The notes under the pieces: model-generated
Seen by the model: the letters and a program-made list of their open reading frames with translations, nothing else
The model's database searches: none
Told to the model about the DNA's origin: nothing
Part shown: one piece after another, positions 27,113-37,000 of the stretch
Layout: each line of letters starts with the position of its first letter
Numbering within the stretch: the stretch's first letter is position 1
From: Treponemataceae bacterium
GTDB taxonomy: Bacteria > Spirochaetota > Spirochaetia > Treponematales > Rectinemataceae
DNA length: 64,000 nucleotides
Assembly: GCA_963677895.2 (NCBI GenBank)
Contig: CAXXGJ010000018.1
Span: forward strand, 512,001-576,000
Direction of reading: 5' to 3'
Made by a program: the position numbers and the translations under genes

Positions 27113-27901
27113 ATGAACAAGTATTCCTTTTCCACGGCCGCGCTCTATCCGAGAAGCGCGGCCGAGAGCCTGCGCCTCATCAGGGGCGCGGGCTTCTCTC
27201 ACGCCGAGCTGATGCCCCAGTGCTTTTCCGAAGCCCGCGAAACCTTCGCCCTGGACGCCGAGAAGTGCGGGATACATGTCGCCTCCGTCCATTATCCCCT
27301 CGCCATGTTCTCCATGCTCTACAACGCGGGGGAGGGCATGACAGCCGAGGCGCGGAGCTTCGGAACCGGACTCGTGCGGCTCTGTTCGCGGCTCGGGGCA
27401 GAGGTCCTCGTCGTCCATCCCCATGAGCCGCAGAAAGATCCCGCGCTCCGGCTCCTCCTCGAGGAGCCGATACGGCGGAACCTCCAGCTTCTGGGCGAAG
27501 CCTGCGAAGCGGCGGGCCTGACGCTCGCGATAGAGAACAACCCCAAGGGGCCGGGCAGGACGCCCTCCGGCCTGCTCTCCTATATCGCTTCCCTGGGAGC
27601 GGGACCGGCGGCCTGGCCGATGGTGGATACCACCGAAGCCTGCGAGGCGGAGGAAGATCCCGCGGCCTTCATTTCGGCTGTGAAACCGCGGCATATGCAC
27701 TTAAGCGACCACGCGGGCGATAAAAAACATATTCCCGCCGGCGAGGGGGAGAACGATTGGGCCGCGATCAAGAAAGCCCTCGCGGACTATGAAGGCTACT
27801 ACACGCTCGAACCCCTCTACCGCTTCTATATCGACGAGCCGGAAAAGAAACTCGCGAAGGCATACGACTTCATCGCCGGGCTCATGGAGGCCGGCGCGTG
27901 A
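27113..27901 (+). CDS. Sugar phosphate isomerase/epimerase (xylose-isomerase-like TIM barrel)
   Basis: LAIEN, VDT, HMHLSD, HIPAGEG and LE metal-ligand pattern. Confidence 0.8.
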   Translation: MNKYSFSTAALYPRSAAESLRLIRGAGFSHAELMPQCFSEARETFALDAEKCGIHVASVHYPLAMFSMLYNAGEGMTAEARSFGTGLVRLCSRLGAEVLVVHPHEPQKDPALRLLLEEPIRRNLQLLGEACEAAGLTLAIENNPKGPGRTPSGLLSYIASLGAGPAAWPMVDTTEACEAEEDPAAFISAVKPRHMHLSDHAGDKKHIPAGEGENDWAAIKKALADYEGYYTLEPLYRFYIDEPEKKLAKAYDFIAGLMEAGA

Positions 27902-28911
27902 GCGGAGGCAGGTATCCCGCGGCCGGCATCCGGTCCATGCTCGAGGCCTTCGCCGTAGGGGATGCCCTGGGCATGGCCACCGAATTCATGACGCGACAGG
28001 AGATCCGCGACCGTTTTGGCTTCGTGGAGGGGCTAATCGCGCCTGAATTGTCGAAAAACCACGCCGATCTGCGCAGAGGCCAGGTGACCGACGACACGGA
28101 ACAGGTTCTGGCCCTCCTGGACGAGTACCTCCTCCGCGGGAGGATAGACCCGCGCGAGACGGCCGAAAGGCTCCTGCGCTGGGTACGGGAGAGCGGCGCC
28201 ATCGAAAAGCGCTATATCGGTCCCAGCTCGAAAGCCGCCCTTCAGGCGATATCCGGCGGGGCGGATCCCGCCGTCACCGGACTCGGCGGAACCACCTGCG
28301 GGGGCGTGATGCGCAGCCCCGCCGCCATTCTTTTCGCGCTTTGCGCCGGACTGTCCATCGAAAAAAGCGTCCATGACTGTCTTCTGCCCACGCATAATAC
28401 GAGGCCAGCCCTGGAAGCGGCCACCGCGTACGCCTACGCGCTGCGGGAAGCTCTCGGCGGCGGGGATATACCGGAAATCATGGCGGCCGCCGGCGTGGGA
28501 GCCGAGGCTGGGGTAGCCCTCGCTCCCTGGAATACCTGCGGTCCGTCGCTGCGGGCGCGCCTGGAGCATTTCGCGGCGGCCGAACCAGGATTCGCGAGCC
28601 CCGACGATGCCCTGGACTTCCTCTACTACGTGTACGGAACGGGACTGGAATCCGTCGACGTAGCTTCCGCGGCCCTCTGCGTCTTTTCCCGCGCTCCTCA
28701 GGATACGTGGCTCTGCCTGCGGATGGGTGCTTCCGTCGGAGGCGACACCGACACCATTGCGGCCCTGGCGGGCATGCTTTCGGCGGCTTATCTTGCGGCC
28801 CGCGGGAAAAGCCACGATATCCCTGCCGAGGTGCTGGACGACGTGATGCAATGCAACGGGCTGGATCTTGTTTCCTTGACCGACAGGCTCGCGGTTGTCG
28901 ATGAGCGCTAA
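27898..28911 (+). CDS. ADP-ribosylglycohydrolase family protein
   Basis: GDALGM, TDDTE, GGVMR, TH and GGDTDTIAA motifs. Confidence 0.9.
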   Translation: MSGGRYPAAGIRSMLEAFAVGDALGMATEFMTRQEIRDRFGFVEGLIAPELSKNHADLRRGQVTDDTEQVLALLDEYLLRGRIDPRETAERLLRWVRESGAIEKRYIGPSSKAALQAISGGADPAVTGLGGTTCGGVMRSPAAILFALCAGLSIEKSVHDCLLPTHNTRPALEAATAYAYALREALGGGDIPEIMAAAGVGAEAGVALAPWNTCGPSLRARLEHFAAAEPGFASPDDALDFLYYVYGTGLESVDVASAALCVFSRAPQDTWLCLRMGASVGGDTDTIAALAGMLSAAYLAARGKSHDIPAEVLDDVMQCNGLDLVSLTDRLAVVDER

Positions 28912-30193
28912 AAGAAAGATTCTCCATAAAAACGCATTCGCCTGCCTCGTCTTTCTTCCTTTCTGGGGCATTTCCTATTCTTTGAGCTTTTTCTACCTTG
29001 GCCTCTACTTCAGGGAGTTCGGCGTGAGCGACGCTCAGCTGGGCTTCCTCGTGACGGCCGGCGCCGGCGCTTCCATCATCTTCTCCTTCCTCGCCGCGCC
29101 CATCGTGGACAGATTGGGCCGCAGGAGAGCCACGCTCATTTTCGACATCCTGGGCACGGCCCTGCCTTTCCTCATCTACGCGCTGCACGGAAGCTTCGTC
29201 TTCGCCCTGGCGGGCACGATTCTGTCCAACGCGAGCAAGGTGACGAACATCGGCTATTATCTTCTGATGACCGAGGATTCGGGAAACGGGGAAAGAGCGG
29301 ACGCGTTTAACATTTTCAACATAATCATCATCGCCTCGGGTCTTCTCGTGCCCGTGGCGGGTAGTTTCGTCGCGCGCGCCGGCCTGGTGCGGGCCGAACG
29401 CGTTTTCCTTTTCGTGTCGGCCGCGGTGATCGCCGGGGCGGCCTTCGGCCGGAATCATTTCGCCGTCGAAACGGCCGCGGGCAAGGCCATGATCGAGAAA
29501 GCCAAGACCGGGAAGCGTCGCGTGGCGATACTGGGCTCCTATGAGGCCGCCCTGCGCTTCATCCGCGCGAACAGGGCCGCGGCGGCCGCCGTCGCCGCGA
29601 ATGTGCTTTTCTATGTGTACTATCTCGTGGGCACGAACAGCAGCCTCTATTTCGCGCCGTTTTTCGCCGACGCCCTCGGCATGGACGCGTCGCTGGTGAG
29701 TCTCGTCGGCGCCCTGTATTCAGGCGGCACGCTCTTCGCGATGCTCTTCCTCAACCCGCCCCTGTTCCGGCGCCTGGGGCCGGCGCGATGCTCGATCTTC
29801 GGCGCCGCGCTCAACATGGCGGGCTTCATACCCCTGGTTTTCCTGCGGCGCGCGGCGCCCGTCTGGGCCATGGGAGCGGTACTGGTCTCGTCGGTCGGGT
29901 TCGGGATGCTCAAGTCGGCCATCGACGCGGCGCTCGCGACCTGCACCGGCGACATCTCTTCAGGGGAGAGATTGTCGGCAGGCGAAGAGGCGAGGGCGGG
30001 CATTTATTCCATCGCGAACCTCGCCTCTTCCGCGCTCGGCATGGGGGCGGGGGCGCTCTGCGGCCTCTTCTATCCTTCCCTGCCGCAGTTCATACCTTTG
30101 ATTTCAATCGCGATTCTGGCCCTCATCGCCGGATTGCTTCTGCGGGCGAATCGCCCGGCTTCTCAGTCCGCCTTTTCCCGCCGGATATCATAG
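28901..30193 (+). CDS. MFS transporter
   Basis: About 12 TM segments and the IVDRLGRRR motif A. Confidence 0.85.
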   Translation: MSAKRKILHKNAFACLVFLPFWGISYSLSFFYLGLYFREFGVSDAQLGFLVTAGAGASIIFSFLAAPIVDRLGRRRATLIFDILGTALPFLIYALHGSFVFALAGTILSNASKVTNIGYYLLMTEDSGNGERADAFNIFNIIIIASGLLVPVAGSFVARAGLVRAERVFLFVSAAVIAGAAFGRNHFAVETAAGKAMIEKAKTGKRRVAILGSYEAALRFIRANRAAAAAVAANVLFYVYYLVGTNSSLYFAPFFADALGMDASLVSLVGALYSGGTLFAMLFLNPPLFRRLGPARCSIFGAALNMAGFIPLVFLRRAAPVWAMGAVLVSSVGFGMLKSAIDAALATCTGDISSGERLSAGEEARAGIYSIANLASSALGMGAGALCGLFYPSLPQFIPLISIAILALIAGLLLRANRPASQSAFSRRIS

Positions 30194-32381
30194 AGTTCCA
30201 GCTGAGGTTTCTCCTCACCGTTCCACTTGTTGAGCGTCACCTTGAAGAGCAGATCGACGCGGTCTTTCGCCTTGAAGGAAAAATCCCTCTCCAGGCGCTC
30301 AGCGCCGTCCCAGAGAAGGGCCGGCCATTTGTAGCTGCCGAAGTCGAGGGTGAGTTTGAGGTGGCTCTTGGCCGATTTGCCCACGATCTGGGCGTCTACC
30401 ATCGGAACGCCGCGGGCGAGGAACACGAGAGGCCGGTTTTCCTCCCCGAAGGGTTCGAAACGCGAATAGACCTTCTGGAGTTCGGGGCGCAGGTAGCTGT
30501 GTGGCAGTTCGGCGTCGACGGTGATGGTCTCCTCGGCGCTCGCCATCTCGGCGGCTTTGAGATGGGATGAAGCGATCGAAACGAAGGATTCCCAGTTTTC
30601 CGGAGGCATGGAGAAACCGGCGGCCGCGTCGTGCCCGCCATAGTCGATGAAAAGATCGGCGCAGGCGGCGAGAAGGCCCGATATCCTGAAGTTGTTGGCC
30701 GTGCGGACGGATCCGACGACGCTTCCGTCTTCCTTGAAGGCCGCGACTATGGCGGGCACCTTGAAGGTCCCCACCATGCGGGAGGCGAGGAGACCCGTGA
30801 TGCCGGGCTTCACGAGGGGCGAACCCAGGAGGATGAAGCGGCTGTCGTTCTTCTCGAAGCTTTCGCGCGCCAGGGGATAGACCGCTTCCCAGGTATCCGA
30901 GCCCATCTTCTTGCGTTCGTTGTTCGCCTGGATGATGTCCTCGACGGCCTTCGTCCTCGCGGCGGGTCGTCGGAGATGAGGAGGTCGAGGGCTATGTCGG
31001 GCTTTCCTATCCTTCCCGCGGCATTCAGCAGGGGCGTGACCTGCCAGGCGATTTCCGTGGAACTAAGGCCCTTACCGAGCCCCTGGACCTGGAGAAGTTC
31101 CCTCAGGCCCTTGCGCGGCGTCGAAGCTATCGCTTCGACGCCGCGCTTCACGATGATCCTGTTCTCGTCGCGGAGCGGCATGAGATCGGCTATCGTCCCG
31201 AGCGCGGCGAGCTGGATCAGCGCCTCTCCTTCCTCGGACTGGGAACCCAGCCTGCGCTGGGCCAGGACGGTGAAAAGCGTCTTCAGGACATCGATGTCGC
31301 CCGTTTCGGAGGAGGAATAGCGGGCAATCCTCAGGACCGAGGTAAGCTCGGAGAGCGACTTCCCCGCGAAATGCGGAAACAAAGCCGTGATCTCGTCGGC
31401 GATATCGTAGCTTTCGATATCCACGTTGGGCCCGAAAATGCCGCGCGAGACGCGGTTCTGGATCGCCTTCTGCCAGACGAAAATCGAACGTCCCTGGAGG
31501 AAGCGGGCGATTTTTTCGAGCACGGCCGAAGTCCTGGGCGAACCTTCCTCCAGCAGCTCCGAGAAACGCGCCGTCTCGACGAGATTGTGAAGCTTTACGA
31601 TTTCGATCTTGTAGCGCCTGACCCCGCTGTCGAGATCGCCGGCGCCCTCTTCCGGCTTGAAGGCGACGGCGCCCTCGGCCGCCTGGGTCCGGCCGGCCGG
31701 ACCCGCCGCGCTCGTGATGGAGAGCAGGGCCACGGGCTGTTTGTAGAGACCTGTTTTCGCGAATGAAAGGGCTCTCGCGACCTTGTAGGCGACGCCGGCT
31801 CCCGCGAGATCGCGGAAGGGGTAGCCACAGCCTTCGATTTTCGGATCGATGACGGCCACGGCTTCGGGCGGAAATTCAGCCTGCAGCTTGTGATGGTCGC
31901 AGATGATGACATCGACGCCCAATTCGGCGGCGTGAGCCACTTCCTTGTGGTTCGAGATGCCGCAGTCGACTGTGATGATGAGGCTTCCGCCTTCCCCGGC
32001 GAAATCGTTCACCGCGGCCACGGAGAGACCGTAAGCCTCTTCGCCTCGCGGCACGCGCCAGGTCGCGGCTATGCCCATCGAAGCGAGGGTCTCGACCATC
32101 AGGGTGGTCGCGGTCACGCCATCCGTATCGCTGTCGCCGAAAACCATCACCTTTTCGCCCTCGTCGGCGGCGAGGAGTATCCTGTCGACGGCGTCCTCCA
32201 TGGATTCGAAGAGGAAGGGATTGTGGAGGTAGCGCGGATCGTTCTCGAGAAAGTAGAGCACCTGCTCGGGGCTCGTCACCTTCCTACGGGCCAGGATCGA
32301 CGCGGTGAGCGTATCTATGTCGTAGCTGCGCGCCATGGACCTCACGAGCCCGGCGTCCAGGTCATCTTTTATCCATCTCAT
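30163..32381 (-). CDS. recJ: ssDNA exonuclease RecJ, split by a 1-bp deletion near 30965
   Basis: GDSDTDG, TVDCG, DHH, LGTIAD and NAAGR lie in the 5' ORF; GSVR and GGHDAAAG (DHHA1) lie in the 3' ORF. Adding one base joins them as DDPAARTKAVEDIIQANNERK. Confidence 0.9.
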
Positions 32382-33688
32382 GAAGCTGATAATTCCTCCA
32401 GTATCAAGGGCGAAGAAAGGGGAGCCTCCGGCGAGACGCGAAGCGCGTCGCCGGCCAGGATCGCGGCCGGCTCCAGGCAGGCTTCGTCCTTTCCGTAGAT
32501 GCTGGCCACGAGATCGCCTCGCGTCACGCGATCGCCTTTCTTGCGTTCGAATATGAAACCGACGTCGGGACTAACCTTGTCGTCCGTGGTATTTCTTCCC
32601 ACGCCGAGATGGACGCCGGCGATTCCTATCTTCCAGGCGTCTATGGAAGCGATATAGCCGCTCGCGGGAGCTCTCAGTTCGGCGCGGTACGGCGAGCGGT
32701 AGAGGCCCCGAAGCGAAGCGAGCCTGGCGAGATCGCCGCCCTGCCTCCCGACATTGGCGAGGAAAAGTTCCATGGCCCTTCCCGATTCGACGGCGCGCGC
32801 GCAGGTCGCCTCTCCCTCGGCCACCGAACCGGCTTTACCGGACGCGACAAGCATCCAGGCGCCCAGCCTGTAGACGAGTTCCATCACGTCGGCCGGCCCT
32901 CTGCCTTCGAGGCAATCCATCGTTTCCTCGATTTCGAAGAAGTTGCCGACCGTCCTGCCCAGGGGCTCAGACATGTCGGTGATGAGGGCGACGACGCGTT
33001 TGCCCATAGTCGTCCCCGTGCGCACGAGACTGGTCGCCAAAGCCCTGGCTTCGTCGAAGGTCTTCATGAAGGCGCCCGGACCCGATTTCACGTCGAAGAC
33101 GAGGGCGTCAGCCCCTTCGGCCACTTTTTTCGAGAGAATGGAAGCGGTGATGAGGGGGATAGACTCGACCGTGGCCGTGACGTCGCGCAGGGCGTAAAGC
33201 CGCTTGTCAGCGGGCACGACGCGGGCCGTCTGTCCCGTCATCGCGAAACCGTCGGCCAGAATCCCTGAGCGGAATGCGGCGAGGTCCAGGCCGGTCCTGT
33301 AGCCCGGAATGGATTCGAGCTTGTCCAGCGTGCCGCCCGTATGGCCGAGGGCGCGGCCCGACATCATCGGCACCTTGGCGCCGCAGGCGGCCACGATGGG
33401 CGCGAGGGGCAGGGAAATCTTGTCGCCCACGCCGCCCGTCGAATGCTTGTCCACAAAGGGGCCAGGGATGCCCGAAAGATCCATCCTGTCGCCCGAGCCG
33501 AGCATGGCCGAGGTGAGCGCGGCCGTCTCCGCCGCCGTCATCCCTTTGAAGAATATGGCCATGAGAAGGGCTGATATCTGGTATTCCGGAATTTCCGCGC
33601 TCACGTATCCATCGATGATGAAACCGATCTCCTCGTCCGAGAGCGCCAGACCGGAGCGTTTCTTCATGATTATATCCACGGCTCTCAT
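32378..33688 (-). CDS. pdp: Pyrimidine-nucleoside / thymidine phosphorylase
   Basis: DKHSTGGVGDK, SGRALGHTGGTLDKLESIPG and YALRDVTATV. Confidence 0.95.
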   Translation of the reverse strand: MRAVDIIMKKRSGLALSDEEIGFIIDGYVSAEIPEYQISALLMAIFFKGMTAAETAALTSAMLGSGDRMDLSGIPGPFVDKHSTGGVGDKISLPLAPIVAACGAKVPMMSGRALGHTGGTLDKLESIPGYRTGLDLAAFRSGILADGFAMTGQTARVVPADKRLYALRDVTATVESIPLITASILSKKVAEGADALVFDVKSGPGAFMKTFDEARALATSLVRTGTTMGKRVVALITDMSEPLGRTVGNFFEIEETMDCLEGRGPADVMELVYRLGAWMLVASGKAGSVAEGEATCARAVESGRAMELFLANVGRQGGDLARLASLRGLYRSPYRAELRAPASGYIASIDAWKIGIAGVHLGVGRNTTDDKVSPDVGFIFERKKGDRVTRGDLVASIYGKDEACLEPAAILAGDALRVSPEAPLSSPLILEELSAS

Positions 33689-33724
33689 GCGTTTTCCTTT
33701 CTGCTCAGGGGCGGCGAAACCATG

Positions 33725-33764
33725 CGCGGGGACTCGCCATCAGATCTGATGGCGAGTCCCCGCG
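33725..33764. repeat. Perfect 40-bp palindrome between recO and pdp
   Basis: CGCGGGGACTCGCCATCAGA|TCTGATGGCGAGTCCCCGCG. Confidence 0.95.
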
Positions 33765-33836
33765 GCGCCGCGCATACATTCAACGTATCGGAACAACTAT
33801 TATACTTCAAGAACAGGCTCGGGATAAAGTCTCCGT

Positions 33837-34598
33837 TCACTGGGACATCAGCGTGAGAAGCGTCCCTTCCGCCGCCTTCTGCGAGATGTAGTAGATGATC
33901 CCCTTCAGCGACGAGAGCGTCGCGTCATCGGCATGGATGGCCGAACTCTCGGCGAGGCTGCCCCGCGAGAAGCCGAGCAGGCAGTCCAGTTCGTCCTTCC
34001 CGAGAGGGAGTCCGTCACGGCCGCAGGAGTCGCAGACGAAACCGTCATGGGCCGCCGAATACTGCATTCCGGTAAGGGCTTCCCTCGCTCCGCCGTCGTG
34101 AAAGGCCAGTTTTTTTCCGCAGCCGGCGCAGCGTTCAAGATCGGGGCGCAGGCCCATTATTTCCAGTATCTTCCAGAGATAGGCGAGGAGCGTCATGTCG
34201 GCTTTTTCGTCCTCTTCGTCGTTGAGAACCCTTAGGGCCTGGAGGGAAAGCTCCAATACTTCCGCGTATTCCCCGCCGCAGCCCGAAGTCTTGATGATGA
34301 GCTCCGCGATGACGCTTGCCGACCAGAGCCTGGAATAGCTTTCGCGGAGCCTGGAGAAGGATTCGATGATGGAGAGATCGCTCAGCTTCCTGTAATGCTT
34401 GACGGGATCGGCGTAGATGAAGACCTTGGCGAATACGAAGGGCGAGGCTGAGGATCGCAGCGAGCTGCGCGGTCCCCCGAACACGAAAGCGTCGACGATG
34501 CCGGCTTCGGCGCTCAGCATGCTGACGATCCTGTCCCCGGAGGGGCTTTCCTTCGAGCGGAGGAAGAGGGCTTCGAAGCTTTCGTTGCGGTCAGGCAT
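33837..34598 (-). CDS. recO: DNA repair protein RecO
   Basis: N-terminal OB-like region, GLRPDLERCAGCG...GFVCDSC zinc finger, 253 aa. Confidence 0.85.
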   Translation of the reverse strand: MPDRNESFEALFLRSKESPSGDRIVSMLSAEAGIVDAFVFGGPRSSLRSSASPFVFAKVFIYADPVKHYRKLSDLSIIESFSRLRESYSRLWSASVIAELIIKTSGCGGEYAEVLELSLQALRVLNDEEDEKADMTLLAYLWKILEIMGLRPDLERCAGCGKKLAFHDGGAREALTGMQYSAAHDGFVCDSCGRDGLPLGKDELDCLLGFSRGSLAESSAIHADDATLSSLKGIIYYISQKAAEGTLLTLMSQ

Positions 34599-35337
34599 CG
34601 CGGTCTTCTGTCCTTGAGTCCTTGTCGTCGACGATCCACCAATTGACGCCGCCGGATTCGCCGCGGCTGAGCCTTTCCCGCTTCGCGCGTTCGAGCTTCG
34701 CCAGTTCCCGCTTTTTATAGCCGCGGGACCAGAGCCAAGACGAAACGAATCCCCCGATATGGGCGAAGTAGGCCGTGCCTCCCGCGCTGAGTCCGGAAAG
34801 GCCTCCGGCGAGCTGGAGGAAGAACCAAAATCCTATGACGATCCAGGCGGAAAGGGCAGTCGGGATGAAGTTGAACAGAAGGACGATGACCTTGTTTCCT
34901 GGGAAGAGCACGAGATAGGCGGCGAGCACGCCGGAGATGGCCGCCGAGGCGCCTACGAGGGGCACTTCGGCCGCCGCTCCGCCTATGGCGAGGGCCGCGG
35001 CTACATGGGCGAGGACGCCGATCGTACCCGAAATCAGGTAGAGGACGATGAAACGCCTGCGTCCTATCCTGCATTCCACGTTGTCGCCGAAAATGCCGAG
35101 AAAGAGCATGTTGCCCGCGAGATGGGCGAGTCCCCCATGGGCGAACTGGCTGGTGAGGAGGTTCAGCAAGCCTCGCCCGCGCGCTATCTCCGAAGGTATC
35201 GCGGCGAGGGCGAGGGTCGGGAGGTCGGCGCCGAAATCCTGGATGAAGATGAAGACGGCGACGTTTATCGCGATGAGGCTCCAGGTGGCGGCCGCCGAGC
35301 CTCGTCCGCAGGAATTCTGATCTCCTATCGGAAGCAT
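34591..35337 (-). CDS. Rhomboid family intramembrane serine protease
   Basis: HGGLAHLAGNM, GASAAISG and AHIGGF. GGAGGAG RBS before the ATG at 35337. Confidence 0.9.
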   Translation of the reverse strand: MLPIGDQNSCGRGSAAATWSLIAINVAVFIFIQDFGADLPTLALAAIPSEIARGRGLLNLLTSQFAHGGLAHLAGNMLFLGIFGDNVECRIGRRRFIVLYLISGTIGVLAHVAAALAIGGAAAEVPLVGASAAISGVLAAYLVLFPGNKVIVLLFNFIPTALSAWIVIGFWFFLQLAGGLSGLSAGGTAYFAHIGGFVSSWLWSRGYKKRELAKLERAKRERLSRGESGGVNWWIVDDKDSRTEDRDA

Positions 35338-35463
35338 GCCAATACTCCTCCCCTCGGGAAAATATAGTGCAAAGTACCCGCGAAGGCTACTGGGAAAAGG
35401 ACGGACGATGACCGGTTCGGGCCACGGTTGAAGCGGCCAGCGTAATATGGTATTACTTTGGCG

Positions 35464-36090
35464 ATGACCAAAGCATTGATGTTCGATCTCGACAACACGC
35501 TCTATTCCGAAAAGACAGGCATGGAAACGCAGGTCGTCGAGAGGATAAACGGATTCGTATCCGGTTTCCTCGGATGGCCTCCCGAGGAAACGAACCTCCG
35601 ACGCCGCGAAGGCGCGAAGCGTTTCGGCACGACCCTCGAATGGCTCGTCTACGAAAAAGGCCTGAAAGACGTCGATGCTTATTTTTCCTTCACCCATCCC
35701 GAGGGGGAGGAAGCCTGCCTTACGATCGATGATGGAGTGAAGGGTATTCTCGATTCCCTGGACTATCCGAAAGTAGTGCTGACGAACGCGCCCATGGAGC
35801 ACGCGATGCGAGTGCTGCGCAAGCTGGATATCCTGGACCGCTTCAAGGGAATTTATGACATCAGATTTAATGGCCTCGTGGGCAAACCTCATCCCAAATC
35901 ATATCTGCGCGTCCTGGAAGCGTCGGGTTTCTCCGCCGAAACGACGGTGTTCATAGACGACAGCCCCAAATACGTCAAGGGCTATCTCGCGTTGGGCGGC
36001 AGAGCCATCCTCAAGGACGAAGGCGAACGATTCCTCGGACACGGATACGAGCGCATCACAACGTTGAAGGAACTCGCGGCCCTGCTTTGA
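35464..36090 (+). CDS. HAD hydrolase, pyrimidine 5'-nucleotidase-like
   Basis: FDLDNTLY, TNA, KP and FIDDS motifs. Confidence 0.85.
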   Translation: MTKALMFDLDNTLYSEKTGMETQVVERINGFVSGFLGWPPEETNLRRREGAKRFGTTLEWLVYEKGLKDVDAYFSFTHPEGEEACLTIDDGVKGILDSLDYPKVVLTNAPMEHAMRVLRKLDILDRFKGIYDIRFNGLVGKPHPKSYLRVLEASGFSAETTVFIDDSPKYVKGYLALGGRAILKDEGERFLGHGYERITTLKELAALL

Positions 36091-36094
36091 GTTT

Positions 36095-37000
36095 TCAGCC
36101 CTTCGCCTTCCCGGCGCGTTTGGCGAGCGAGCCCGCCACGAGAGCGATGAGGGTCGCGGCATAGGGAATCATAAGTATGAATTCCGCGGGTATCCTGAAT
36201 AAACCCTGGGCATAGTTCGAATAACTTTCGGCCAGCGCGAAGATGAAGCAGGCGAGGGCTATTTTGCCTGGACTTCGCGCGCCCAGATAGATAGCCACCA
36301 GGGCTATCCATCCGCGGCCGGCGCTCATGTTGGGCACATAGGCGGCGAGCGGCAGCGACAGGCTCGCGCCGGCCATTCCGCAAAAAAATCCGGACAAAAC
36401 GATGGCGATAAGCCGATAGGCGTCGGGTCTGAATCCCGATGCCGCGACCGCCTCCGCGTTCGCTCCCGTCGCCCTGATCTTCATCCCCAGGGCTGTCCTG
36501 CGGATGATCACCGTGGCGGCGATGACGAAAAACCACGAGAGATAGACGAGAACGGTATGCGAAAAAAGAGCCGGCCCGAAAAAGGGAATGCTTCCCAGCA
36601 GTCCGGCGAATGGCCTGGCCAGCTCGGGGATTTTGAAGGCGACGACGCTTTTCGTCCCGAACCATTGTCGGGAAAGCACGACGGTCAGTCCCGACGCGAA
36701 AATATTGGCCGCCAGGCCGGTCACGAAAATATTGGCCTTGAGACGTATCGTGGCCGAACCGTAGGCCCAAGCCAAGACGGCGGCGGCGAGACTCCCGGCG
36801 ACGAGGCCGGCAAATAGGCTCTGCGTCATCGAGGCCGCCACGATTCCGAAAAACGCGCCGACGAGGATGAGGCCTTCCAGCGCTATGTTGAGCATTCCCG
36901 TGAGTTCGGTGAAAAGGCCGCCCAGCGCGGCGAATATGAGCGGCGTCATCGCGGCTATCGCGTTGCCCGCTATCGTTCCTGCCGTATCGGACCAGTTCAT
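36095..37000 (-). CDS. Nucleoside/sugar ABC transporter permease
   Basis: GMLNIALEG, GRGWIAL and MIPY motifs. Confidence 0.9.
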   Translation of the reverse strand: MNWSDTAGTIAGNAIAAMTPLIFAALGGLFTELTGMLNIALEGLILVGAFFGIVAASMTQSLFAGLVAGSLAAAVLAWAYGSATIRLKANIFVTGLAANIFASGLTVVLSRQWFGTKSVVAFKIPELARPFAGLLGSIPFFGPALFSHTVLVYLSWFFVIAATVIIRRTALGMKIRATGANAEAVAASGFRPDAYRLIAIVLSGFFCGMAGASLSLPLAAYVPNMSAGRGWIALVAIYLGARSPGKIALACFIFALAESYSNYAQGLFRIPAEFILMIPYAATLIALVAGSLAKRAGKAKG

